35,099 nucleotides of DNA, from NCBI GenBank assembly GCA_965242725.1, contig CBDESZ010000032.1, positions 1-35,099 of the forward strand, in the 5' to 3' direction. How positions within the stretch are numbered: position 1 is the first letter of the stretch; every line of letters starts with the position of its first letter. Under the pieces are notes generated by a model. It did no database searches and was not told the DNA's origin. It saw only the letters and a program-made list of their open reading frames with translations. The translations under genes and the position numbers were made by a program. Positions 16,942-26,229 of the stretch are shown here, piece by piece. This DNA is from Alkalispirochaeta sp. (lineage in GTDB: Bacteria > Spirochaetota > Spirochaetia > DSM-27196 > Alkalispirochaetaceae).

Positions 16942-18642
16942 ATGCCACAGAGAGCATCAAACTACCGATCCCTGCTTGTCACGACAATTCTGGTTCTCCT
17001 GATCACGAACCACACCCTCTTTGCGGAAAGGGCTGCGACGTCCGCCCATCGCCTTGCGACGGACGCGGCAATCGAAGTTCTCCGTTCCGGTGGCAACGCT
17101 GCCGATGCGGCCTTTGCTACCGCCGCAGTACTGACCATCGTGGAACCGTGGTTTTCAAGCGTCATGGGCGGAGGAACATGGGCGCTCTACTACAACCACG
17201 CCGATGGAGAGGTGTACGCCCTCGACGGCGTCGGCCCCGCCGCATCGGGAGCGACATCATCGTATTTTTCTCAGCCCGGAGTGGCCTCCCGGTCGGGAAT
17301 GCATCAAGCCGTCGTTCCGGGAGCGTGGGGCGGCTGGATGGAATGGCTGAAGGAGTTCGGACGGCTCCCCCTGGACCGCCTCCTGGAACGGGCGATCGCC
17401 GTCGCCGAGGAAGGATATACCGTGGATTCAACAATGGCGGCGTGGCTGCGACGGGGGGAAGACAACATCGCCACATGGCCATACAGCCGGGAAATATACA
17501 TGCCCGGCGGAGAGCTCCTTACCGCTGGCGACGTCGTTCGACAGCCTGCAATGGCCCGGACCTTTCGTGATGTACAGGAGGTCTACCGACGCAACCGATC
17601 AAGAGGACGATCGGCGGCCTTTGATGCGGCCAACGACTATTTTTACCGGGGACCCATCGGGGACTCCATCGTCGCCTATTCCCGCGATCACGGCGGTCTC
17701 TTTGAGCGATCCGATTTTTCCGATTTCCATACCGGAATCGTCGAACCGATTTCCATTGAATACGACGACATAACGGTATTTCAGAATCCGCCCAACAGTC
17801 AGGGAGCAACGATGCTCATGGCCCTCAACATTCTGGAAGGTTTCGACATGACCCAGTTTGGGGTGGATGATCCCCAGGCAGTTCACCTCCAGGCAGAGGC
17901 GCTGAAGATCGCCCACGCCGCGAAGCATCGCCATATCGGGGACCCAGCCTTTGTGGACGTCCCGATGGAGGAGCTGCTGTCTGATGAACACGCCCAGGCG
18001 GCGCGGGAGATGATACGGTGGGATCGGCCCCTGATCTGGCCCTTTCCGGACTCCCTCGATGAAATCGAGGATTCCAACACCTCCACCTTCCACATCGTCG
18101 ATGATGAGGGAAACGGCGCGGCGGTGACGACCTCTCTGGGCGCCCAGTTTCTCGTCGCCGGACCGAGCGGCGTCCATATCAACAATCGGATGCGCATGTT
18201 CTATTACAATACAGGCCTTCCCAACACCGTCGAGCCGGGAAAAAAGGTGCGCCATACAAGCAATCCCTACATCGCCCTGAAAGACGGCAGCCTGTACATC
18301 CTGGGAGGAAACACCGGGGTGGACACCCAGCCTCAGGGCCAGGTGCAGCACTTCATTGCCGTGGTGGAATACGGTCTCACCCCGCAGGAGGCGGTGTCAC
18401 GGCCGCGTTTCCTGACCCGGGGATTTCCCGCCGGTCAATGGCCATTCCGGGCCCAGAACGACCTCGCCCTTGAGCCGGGAACACCGGAACTTCTGGAACG
18501 GGGTATGACGGCGCTTGGACACACAGTCATCAACAGCGGAATATGGGGGAGCGCACATATGATCGTCGTCGACCCCGATTCCGGAGAACTCACCGTCGGT
18601 ACCGACCCCCGTGATCCCGCAGGAAAGGGTGTCGTCGAATGA
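16942..18642 (+). CDS. Gamma-glutamyltransferase-family Ntn hydrolase, exported
   Basis: GGNAADAA, VVPGA..GW, PPNSQG, autoprocessing Thr in NTSTFHIVD, signal peptide, SD AAGGAG. Confidence 0.88.
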   Translation: MPQRASNYRSLLVTTILVLLITNHTLFAERAATSAHRLATDAAIEVLRSGGNAADAAFATAAVLTIVEPWFSSVMGGGTWALYYNHADGEVYALDGVGPAASGATSSYFSQPGVASRSGMHQAVVPGAWGGWMEWLKEFGRLPLDRLLERAIAVAEEGYTVDSTMAAWLRRGEDNIATWPYSREIYMPGGELLTAGDVVRQPAMARTFRDVQEVYRRNRSRGRSAAFDAANDYFYRGPIGDSIVAYSRDHGGLFERSDFSDFHTGIVEPISIEYDDITVFQNPPNSQGATMLMALNILEGFDMTQFGVDDPQAVHLQAEALKIAHAAKHRHIGDPAFVDVPMEELLSDEHAQAAREMIRWDRPLIWPFPDSLDEIEDSNTSTFHIVDDEGNGAAVTTSLGAQFLVAGPSGVHINNRMRMFYYNTGLPNTVEPGKKVRHTSNPYIALKDGSLYILGGNTGVDTQPQGQVQHFIAVVEYGLTPQEAVSRPRFLTRGFPAGQWPFRAQNDLALEPGTPELLERGMTALGHTVINSGIWGSAHMIVVDPDSGELTVGTDPRDPAGKGVVE

Positions 18643-20597
18643 GAATCGCCCTTCCCGTCTTCTCTCTGCGGACGTGGGGGGTGATAACGGTATCGCTGGC
18701 TCTCACCCTCACAGCGTGCACCCCCGGCGATACGGTACCACCTGAGCCATCGGATAATCCCGCCGAATCGATGGAATCAACGGAATCGGAGGTACCGTCC
18801 CCGCCGGATCCTCCGGCGCGTCGCGCCGAGGCGATGGACGTTTCGGAGCTCATTCAAGTCATCGACTATGACACCTTTGATCCCGATGAAACCGAGGTAA
18901 TCGTACCGGAAGCGCTGCAAGGGTATCGCGACGCCGTGGAGGATGGAGTATCCCGTCAATGGGGAAAGGATATTCCCGCACATGGATCGCGGCACGCCGT
19001 GACCGCCAGGGATCCCGTTGCCGCGCGGGTGGGTCTGCGTGTGCTTCAGGGAGGAGGAAACGCCGCGGATGCCGCGTTTGCCGTGGGAGCCGCCCTGAGT
19101 GTCACCGAGCCGTGGTTTTCCCACGCCCTGGGAGGCGGTACGTGGGCGTTGTATCGGGAAAACTCCGGTGCGGTCCACGCCGTTGACGGCGCGGGGACGA
19201 TCGGGAGTCTCGCGGATGCGGAGTACTTTCGGGAAAGTGAAAACCTCCCCGCCCACGGGATGGTCTGGACGATCGTACCCGGCGCCTGGGACGCATGGAT
19301 GGTCTGGCTGGAACGATTCGGCACGATGGAGCTGGACACGCTCCTCGCTCCCGCGGTGGACCTTGCGGGAGAAGGCGCTCCTGCGAGCCGCACCATGGTC
19401 GCCTGGATCGCCCAGCAGCGGGACTCGATAGCGAACCGGCCGGCGTCGGCGGCGATATTTCTGCCCGGCAACGAGGTGCCGGCGGCGGGTCAGATGTTCA
19501 TTCAGGAAGAGCTTGAAAAGACATTCAAAATGATCATCGCCGCCTATCGTGCCGCCCGTCCCGGAGGGCGCGAGGCGGCGTTTCAGGCGGCCCGGGACGT
19601 ATATTATCGCGGCCCCATCGGCAGAGCGGTTGCCCGATACTCACGACGGAACGGCGGGAGCCTCACGGACGACGACTTTGCCGCCTACGAGGCGGTCTTC
19701 CGCAAACCCCTGGTAACGAAGTTTGCCGAATGGACGCTCTACAACCCGCCGCCGGGAAGCCAGGGTATCGTCATGCCCATGGCTCTCAATATCATTTCCC
19801 ACGCCCTGCCCGACCCCGCCGCATGGGACGATCCCGACACGATTCACGTCATCGCGGAAGCGATGAACCTCGCCCACATTGACAAGCACCACTACATCGG
19901 AGATCCCGACTCCATGGAAATGCCCCTTGAACGCCTCCTGAGCTCCTCATACGGTGCGGAACAGGCGGAACGAATTACACCCACCGCGGCTCTCCAATGG
20001 CCGCAGCAGGGCGGTCTGGACGTCGGAGAACACAACACCACAACCTTTTCCGTTGTCGACCGCTGGGGCAATGGAGCCGCTGTCACCACGTCGGTGGGCG
20101 CCCAGTTTGTCGTCGCCGGCGAGACGGGTATCGTCGTCAACCAGCGGCTGCAGAACGTCTTTTACGATGAAGACAACCCCAATTCCCTCGTTCCGGGTCG
20201 CCGGGTACGCCACACCGTCAATCCCTATATCGCCGAATTGCCGGGAAGACGCATCGTCCTAGGCGGGAATACCGGATACGACACCCAGCCGCAGGGGCAG
20301 ATTCAGCAATTTCTCAACATCGCGCGATTCGGCGCAAACGCCCAGGAAGCGGTAAGCCGCCCGCGATATATCGTCCATTCATTTCCCGACATCACCTATC
20401 CCCACACCGTCGGCAATCAACTTGCCCTGGAGTGGGGTTTTCCCGAGAACATAGCCGGTGCGCTGGCGGAAAAGGGACACAATCTGTCGCGGGGCGCGAT
20501 ATTTGGAAACGGCAACGTGATCATTCAGGAAATCACCGACGGCACGATAGAGGCCGGTGCCGATCACCGGGGAGAAAACCTGGCCCTGGCGGAGTAA
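18639..20597 (+). CDS. Gamma-glutamyltransferase-family Ntn hydrolase, lipoprotein
   Basis: Lipobox LTAC, Pro/Ser/Glu linker, GGNAADAA, PPGSQG, NTTTFSVVD; ATGA overlap. Confidence 0.88.
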   Translation: MRIALPVFSLRTWGVITVSLALTLTACTPGDTVPPEPSDNPAESMESTESEVPSPPDPPARRAEAMDVSELIQVIDYDTFDPDETEVIVPEALQGYRDAVEDGVSRQWGKDIPAHGSRHAVTARDPVAARVGLRVLQGGGNAADAAFAVGAALSVTEPWFSHALGGGTWALYRENSGAVHAVDGAGTIGSLADAEYFRESENLPAHGMVWTIVPGAWDAWMVWLERFGTMELDTLLAPAVDLAGEGAPASRTMVAWIAQQRDSIANRPASAAIFLPGNEVPAAGQMFIQEELEKTFKMIIAAYRAARPGGREAAFQAARDVYYRGPIGRAVARYSRRNGGSLTDDDFAAYEAVFRKPLVTKFAEWTLYNPPPGSQGIVMPMALNIISHALPDPAAWDDPDTIHVIAEAMNLAHIDKHHYIGDPDSMEMPLERLLSSSYGAEQAERITPTAALQWPQQGGLDVGEHNTTTFSVVDRWGNGAAVTTSVGAQFVVAGETGIVVNQRLQNVFYDEDNPNSLVPGRRVRHTVNPYIAELPGRRIVLGGNTGYDTQPQGQIQQFLNIARFGANAQEAVSRPRYIVHSFPDITYPHTVGNQLALEWGFPENIAGALAEKGHNLSRGAIFGNGNVIIQEITDGTIEAGADHRGENLALAE

Positions 20598-20645
20598 TGA
20601 AAACGGACACGTCCTATGCGGTTCTCCCGATTGCTTCGGCCCCGA

Positions 20646-21407
20646 CTACGCGGGCCGCGCCGTCCGCCACATAAGCAACGACCGTTCCGCCTCCAGGCCG
20701 GGAACGGAAAGCGGCAGCACCCGGACAGCCTCCTCTCCCTCATCCGACGCCCATCGCGATCCCGCGATCAGGCGCGCCTCCAACTCCGTCTGCTCGGTCC
20801 TTCCCTTGTAGACGCAGACCGGCGTAGCCGGCGGAAAGGTCTCTGAAAGAAACCGGAGAGATTCCTCCGTCGTCTGCTGAAAGGCACGAAACACGACGAC
20901 GCCGTCGGCGAGCCGGTCCCCTTCCCGCTCGGGAAGGAGAGCCGCGTCAACATCCACGATCCGAATCTCCGGCATGTCCGGTCGGACCCCCTCCTCCCGG
21001 TAGGCGGCACGCAGCAGCGGCACCGCTCCCCGCAGGAAGGAAACGCGCTTTGCCCGCCGTTCAACAAGGACAACCTCGTCCAGCCGTCCCGCGCACGCAA
21101 CGGCAAGGGGGATTCCCGGCAGGCCGGCGCCGCTCCCCAGGTCATAGAGGCGCCGCCGACCGCTCCCTTCCGCTGTCCCGGCGATGAAGGACCACGGCAC
21201 GAGACTGTCGATGATGTGCCGTATGAAGAGACGATCCCGGTCGGCGGCGTCCTCTCTGGCGATCAGGCCGAATCTCCCGTTCCCGCGAAAAAGCTCATCC
21301 AGATAGCGCCCGACGGCGGCCGCGGCCGCCTCGGGATGCGCGAAGCTGCCGGCGATGACCTCCTGCAGGAGCCGGAGTTGTTCCGTTGTCAACTCTGTGT
21401 TTCCCAT
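20646..21407 (-). CDS. rsmG: 16S rRNA (guanine-N7) methyltransferase RsmG/GidB
   Basis: RHIIDSL, DLGSGAGLPGIPLA, LVERRAKRVSFL, FRAF, YKG. Confidence 0.9.
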   Translation of the reverse strand: MGNTELTTEQLRLLQEVIAGSFAHPEAAAAAVGRYLDELFRGNGRFGLIAREDAADRDRLFIRHIIDSLVPWSFIAGTAEGSGRRRLYDLGSGAGLPGIPLAVACAGRLDEVVLVERRAKRVSFLRGAVPLLRAAYREEGVRPDMPEIRIVDVDAALLPEREGDRLADGVVVFRAFQQTTEESLRFLSETFPPATPVCVYKGRTEQTELEARLIAGSRWASDEGEEAVRVLPLSVPGLEAERSLLMWRTARPA

Positions 21408-21440
21408 CGGGGGGAGTATACACTATCGCAGCAGGTAAAA

Positions 21441-21469
21441 TTGACCTTTCACCGCTTTCACCGTACCCT
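21441..21469 (+). promoter_or_regulatory. Sigma70-type promoter, probably leaderless, for etfB
   Basis: TTGACC (21441-21446), 17 bp, TACCCT (21464-21469), 6 nt, GTG 21476; no SD. Confidence 0.55.
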
Positions 21470-21475
21470 TGGGCG

Positions 21476-22276
21476 GTGAAAATCATCGTACCGATCAAAC
21501 AGGTTCCCGCGACCGGCGACGTCCGCATGGACCCGGATACGGGAACCATGGTCCGGAAGGGGACGAGATCCGTCATAAATCCTCTGGATCTTTTTGCCCT
21601 GGAGGCGGCATTCGGGCTCAAAAGGAAACGCGGCGGATCCGTCACGGCGATCACCATGGGCCCGCAGCAGGCGGAGACGGCGCTGCGGGAAGCGATCTCC
21701 CTCGGATGTGACGACGCAATCCTCCTCTCGGATCGGAAGTTTGCGGGGTCGGATACATGGGCGACCTCATGCACCATCGCAGCGGCAATAGCGCGGCTCG
21801 CTCCCTGGGACCTCATCATCACCGGAGAGCGGGCAACCGACGGAGATACCGGTCAGGTTGGACCGGGAATCGCCGCGTGGCTTGACGTCCCCCTTGCGAC
21901 ATTCGTCGCCCATATTTCACAGGTGACCGACGGAACGATCACCGTTGAGCGCCTCATGGAAGAGGGATATCAGGCTGTGGAACTGGCCCTCCCGGCGCTT
22001 CTGACGGTTGTCAAAGAGGCGGCAGCGCCCTCCCTCCCCACCCTCTCGGGAAAACGCGCCGCCGGGGAGGCGGAAATTGTCCGCTGGGACGCCGCCTTTC
22101 TTGGTCTCGACGAAGGGAAGATCGGATTGCGCGGCTCGCCGACGAGGGTGGTGAAAATAGCGACCTCCGTGGTGGGCAGGACAGGCACCTTCATCGATGC
22201 GTCGGAGGAGGGCAGTGTGCCGGCGGCGGCGGAGAGCCTCCTTGCGTTCCTGCGGGAACGGGAGCTTATACCGTGA
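21476..22276 (+). CDS. etfB: Electron transfer flavoprotein beta subunit
   Basis: KIIVPIKQVP, INPLDLFALE, TMGP, DRKFAGSDTWAT, GERATDGDTGQVGP, GSPTRV; start reassigned to GTG 21476. Confidence 0.95.
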   Translation: MKIIVPIKQVPATGDVRMDPDTGTMVRKGTRSVINPLDLFALEAAFGLKRKRGGSVTAITMGPQQAETALREAISLGCDDAILLSDRKFAGSDTWATSCTIAAAIARLAPWDLIITGERATDGDTGQVGPGIAAWLDVPLATFVAHISQVTDGTITVERLMEEGYQAVELALPALLTVVKEAAAPSLPTLSGKRAAGEAEIVRWDAAFLGLDEGKIGLRGSPTRVVKIATSVVGRTGTFIDASEEGSVPAAAESLLAFLRERELIP

Positions 22277-23292
22277 GCTTTGTTTGGACCATCGCGGAAA
22301 TCCACCGGGGAACGATAAAACCGGTATCCTATGAACTCCTCGCCCGGGGCCGCACCCTCGCCGACGGTGTGGGCACAAAACTTGCGGCCGTCGTTATCGG
22401 CGACGGCGTGCACGACGAAGAAATGGGGCGCCTCATAACCTACGGCGCCGATGAGGTTTACTCCATACAGCACCCCGCCCTGTCGGACTTCATCTGTGAG
22501 AATTATGCGGCGGTGCTGACCGACGCGATAGCCGGGTACCGTCCCCGAATCATTCTTGCCGCGGCAACGACGACGGGGCGCACCCTCATGCCCTACCTCG
22601 CCATCAAGGTGGGAACGGGTCTCACTGCGGACTGTACGGAACTTTCGATGGAGGAAGGGACGGACAATCTCCTGCAGACACGACCGGCCATCGGCGGAAA
22701 CATCATGGCCACCATCAAGACTCCCTCCCACCGGCCGCAAATGGCGACGGTCAGACCAAGATCGACACGCCCCCTGCCGCCCGACGAGAACCGAGCGGGA
22801 AGGATCATTTCCGTCCCGGTGGCGCCGGAACGCCTGGAGCGACGCGTCACCATCCGCGGATATCGCCGCGACGAAAACGACTTCGTCAATCTCGAGGAGG
22901 CGGACGTCATCGTCGCCGGTGGACGGGGGATGAAAAAGGGAGAGAACTTCAGACTTCTCAGCGAACTCGCCGATACCCTGGGCGGTATTATCGGAACAAG
23001 TGCGGTGGGCGCGAGCCGCGACGCCGTCGACCGCGGCTGGATCGGCTATTCCCATCAAATCGGACTCAGCGGGAAGACCGTCTCTCCCCGACTCTACATC
23101 GGGGCGGGTATATCCGGTTCCGTCCAGCACCTGGCGGGGATCAAAACAAGCCAGACAATCGTATCCATCAACAGCGATCCCGATGCCCCGTTGCACCGGA
23201 TCGCCGATTTTGCAATTGCAGGTGATCTCTTCACCGTCATTCCCGAACTGGTCCGTCGTATCGGCGGCCGGCAACAGGCAATGGAGGAATAG
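22273..23292 (+). CDS. etfA: Electron transfer flavoprotein alpha subunit
   Basis: TGLTADCT, QTRPAIGGNIMATI, VAGGRG, GASRDAVD, QIGLSGKTV.P.LYI, GISGSVQH. Confidence 0.95.
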   Translation: MSFVWTIAEIHRGTIKPVSYELLARGRTLADGVGTKLAAVVIGDGVHDEEMGRLITYGADEVYSIQHPALSDFICENYAAVLTDAIAGYRPRIILAAATTTGRTLMPYLAIKVGTGLTADCTELSMEEGTDNLLQTRPAIGGNIMATIKTPSHRPQMATVRPRSTRPLPPDENRAGRIISVPVAPERLERRVTIRGYRRDENDFVNLEEADVIVAGGRGMKKGENFRLLSELADTLGGIIGTSAVGASRDAVDRGWIGYSHQIGLSGKTVSPRLYIGAGISGSVQHLAGIKTSQTIVSINSDPDAPLHRIADFAIAGDLFTVIPELVRRIGGRQQAMEE

Positions 23293-24102
23293 ATGAACTG
23301 GTTTCTGTCTCAAAGCGCCATAGTCCAATCACTGCTCGCAGGCGTATTCACCTGGGCGGTTACGGCCCTGGGTGCCGCCTTTGTCTTTCCCTTCAAACGG
23401 GTGAGCAAAAAAACTCTCGACTCCATGATGGGCTTTGCCGCAGGCGTCATGATCGCCGCGAGCTTCTGGTCTCTCCTTGACCCGGCCATACAGATGTCGG
23501 AGACCATAGGGGGAAGACCATGGGTGCCCGCGGCGGTGGGATTTCTCTCCGGGGGATTCTTCATGCTTCTCATTGACAACGTCCTGCCCCACCTCCACAT
23601 TGGAGAACCCATGGAGCACGCCGAAGGTCCCTCCACCAGCTGGCGACGGTCGGTGCTTCTTGTCCTGGCGATCACCATTCACAACATTCCCGAAGGTCTC
23701 GCCATCGGGGTGGCTTTCGGGGCGGTCGCCGCGGGTATTCCATCGGCCTCCGTGGGGGGCGCCATCGCCCTCGCCCTCGGCATCGGTATCCAGAACATGC
23801 CCGAGGGTACCTCCGTCTCGGTCCCCCTTCGACGAGAGGGGATGAGCAGGAGGCGGGCGTTCTACTACGGTCAGCTTTCGGGGATTGTGGAACCTGTCGC
23901 GGCCGTTCTGGGCGCCGCCGCGGTGATGCTTATGCGCCCCATCCTCCCCTATGCCCTCTCTTTTGCGGCAGGGGCGATGATCTTCGTCGTCGTGGAGGAG
24001 CTCATACCTGAATCGCAGCGGAACGAGAACACCGACATCGCCACCATCGGCACCCTTCTTGGATTTGCCGTCATGATGATGCTGGACGTGGCGCTTGGGT
24101 AA
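23293..24102 (+). CDS. ZIP family (GufA/ZupT-like) metal transporter
   Basis: [49 protein letters not shown]. Confidence 0.93.
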   Translation: MNWFLSQSAIVQSLLAGVFTWAVTALGAAFVFPFKRVSKKTLDSMMGFAAGVMIAASFWSLLDPAIQMSETIGGRPWVPAAVGFLSGGFFMLLIDNVLPHLHIGEPMEHAEGPSTSWRRSVLLVLAITIHNIPEGLAIGVAFGAVAAGIPSASVGGAIALALGIGIQNMPEGTSVSVPLRREGMSRRRAFYYGQLSGIVEPVAAVLGAAAVMLMRPILPYALSFAAGAMIFVVVEELIPESQRNENTDIATIGTLLGFAVMMMLDVALG

Positions 24103-24162
24103 GGCGCGTCGCGTCGACGCCGCCCCGGACGGCCCTTCTCACCGTCCGCCCCCTCCCGCATC

Positions 24163-26025
24163 TCAAAGATGGGAAAAGATGCGGCGATAATCCTCACTTT
24201 CGGTCATGAGCGTCTCATGGGTACCCACGGCCGCCACCGCACCCTGTCTGAGGACGATAATCCTGTCCGCCTTGCGTATCTGGCTCAGCCGATGGGTGAT
24301 AATGAGGGTTGTCCGTCCCGCGGCGACGCGGCGCATCGCCTGCTGGATCTCGTCCTCGGTCCGGCTGTCTACGGCGCTGGTACTGTCGTCGAGAATGAGG
24401 ATACGGGGATCGGTCAAAAAGGCGCGGGCAATGGCAAGACGCTGTTTCTGTCCCCCCGAGAGCGTCACGCCCCGCTCGCCGATCTGCGTATCATATCCGT
24501 CCTTGAAACTCCTGATGAAGTGGTCCGCCTGCGCCTGAACGGCGGCCTGGACGATCTCGTCGTCACCGGCATCGCGCCGTCCGAAGGCGATGTTGTCCCG
24601 TATGGACATGCTGTAGAGAAAGACACCCTGCTCGATAAATGATATCTGACTGCGCAGGGTCTCCAGATTCCACTCCCGCACATCCACGCCGTCCACAAGG
24701 ACGCGCCCCGAGGTCACATCAAAGATGCGATTGATCAGACGCACAAGCGTCGTCTTTCCCGCCCCCGTCCGTCCGACGATGGCCACCGTCTCCCCCGCAT
24801 TGACGGTGAAGGAGACCTCTTTGAGGACGAACCCGGGGGGTCGCAGGACGCCCGATTCCCCCGACGGGGAGGTACTGCCTTCGCCGGGGGACACGGCATC
24901 CTGTGACACCTCGTGTTCCTTTAATAGATCGAAGGAGAAACTCACATTTTCAAAGGAGATGGTGCCCCGGATCGTGCCGCGATGGCCCGCCTCGTTCCGG
25001 TCCAGCAGCGTCCGCGTCCGTATGAGGTTGAGGATGCGCCGCGACGAGGCGAGACCGAGCTGGACGAGGTTGAATGAGAATATGGATATGAAGGTGGCAA
25101 AGCGGAAGGTGCCGAAGAGCCCCATGAAGCTCACCACCTCGCCCAGGGTGATCACCCCGATCCGGCGCAGGTGGAGACCGTGGAAGAGTGCAACGCCCCA
25201 GCAGACGGCAAAGGCCATCATCGGCCAGTAGCGCGCCTGGATCAGGCCCTGCCTGACGAAAAAGTCGCGATACCGTCCCGCCCGGCGGAGGAACTTGTCG
25301 TACTCGTAGCGTTCACGGACGCTTCCCTTGACCACCTCTATGCCGCCCACCGTCTCGGTGAGGGTGCTGTTCATGGCGCCGAACTCCTCCCGCTGGGAGA
25401 TGCTTACCGGTTCGAGACGCCGGTTGTAGTCCCTGACGGTGAGTATGAGCAGCACCGTAAAGATCGTCGGAACGAGCCAGAGCCTGATATCGATGAAGAG
25501 GATCATCACAAAGGGCACAATCAGCGCGAGGGACGAGTCGATAATGAGCATCAGCCCCGGGGAGTACATGAGATTGATCGCCTTCATGTCGTTGGTTGCC
25601 CGGGCCATCACGTCACCGACGCGCTGGGCGGCGTGAAAGCTCTGGCTCTTGCCCAGGAGGCTTGTGTAGAGCTCCTCCCTGCTGTCCCGTTCCACCCGAT
25701 GGGCCAGTACTTCCGTGGCGACGTTGCGGGCCAGTCCCGTCAGCCCCTGGATGACCGCCGAGAGGGCGATAATGAGCGACACCGAGAGGAGCTCGCCGGC
25801 GCCCCACCCCGATCGGGAGATGACGTCGAATCCGCGACCGATGTAGAGGGGCACGTTTCCGTAGGCGTAGTTGTTCACCACCGCAGTCACCACCAGTGCG
25901 ACGGGAAGCCACCAGTAGCGGGCGCTGTGGGATATGAGCCACCGCATCGGTCCGGAGGTATCGTATGTTCGTACATGACTTACGTGAAATTCAGTTATTC
26001 CCGATGGTCCGGTGTTGTCTTCCAT
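24163..26025 (-). CDS. Type IV ABC exporter half-transporter (TMD-NBD)
   Basis: 6-TM domain, Walker A GRTGAGKT, LSGGQKQR, Walker B ILILDDS, ITHRLS. Confidence 0.92.
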   Translation of the reverse strand: MEDNTGPSGITEFHVSHVRTYDTSGPMRWLISHSARYWWLPVALVVTAVVNNYAYGNVPLYIGRGFDVISRSGWGAGELLSVSLIIALSAVIQGLTGLARNVATEVLAHRVERDSREELYTSLLGKSQSFHAAQRVGDVMARATNDMKAINLMYSPGLMLIIDSSLALIVPFVMILFIDIRLWLVPTIFTVLLILTVRDYNRRLEPVSISQREEFGAMNSTLTETVGGIEVVKGSVRERYEYDKFLRRAGRYRDFFVRQGLIQARYWPMMAFAVCWGVALFHGLHLRRIGVITLGEVVSFMGLFGTFRFATFISIFSFNLVQLGLASSRRILNLIRTRTLLDRNEAGHRGTIRGTISFENVSFSFDLLKEHEVSQDAVSPGEGSTSPSGESGVLRPPGFVLKEVSFTVNAGETVAIVGRTGAGKTTLVRLINRIFDVTSGRVLVDGVDVREWNLETLRSQISFIEQGVFLYSMSIRDNIAFGRRDAGDDEIVQAAVQAQADHFIRSFKDGYDTQIGERGVTLSGGQKQRLAIARAFLTDPRILILDDSTSAVDSRTEDEIQQAMRRVAAGRTTLIITHRLSQIRKADRIIVLRQGAVAAVGTHETLMTESEDYRRIFSHL

Positions 26026-26229
26026 GATTACGTCCTATCGCGAAATCAGACGGCGTCAGCCGCAGGTTGTGCTATTTCGTGTACCCCGCTGGGGCATACG
26101 AAGGGATTGCAGATGTGACGGGCTTGTCAGCGGCGGGCGATACGAGATACCGTCTCTCCCTCCACCGGAAAATTTGACATCCGGCACCAGTGTCGTAACA
26201 TTCATAATGACAGTGAAAAATATAGTCCT

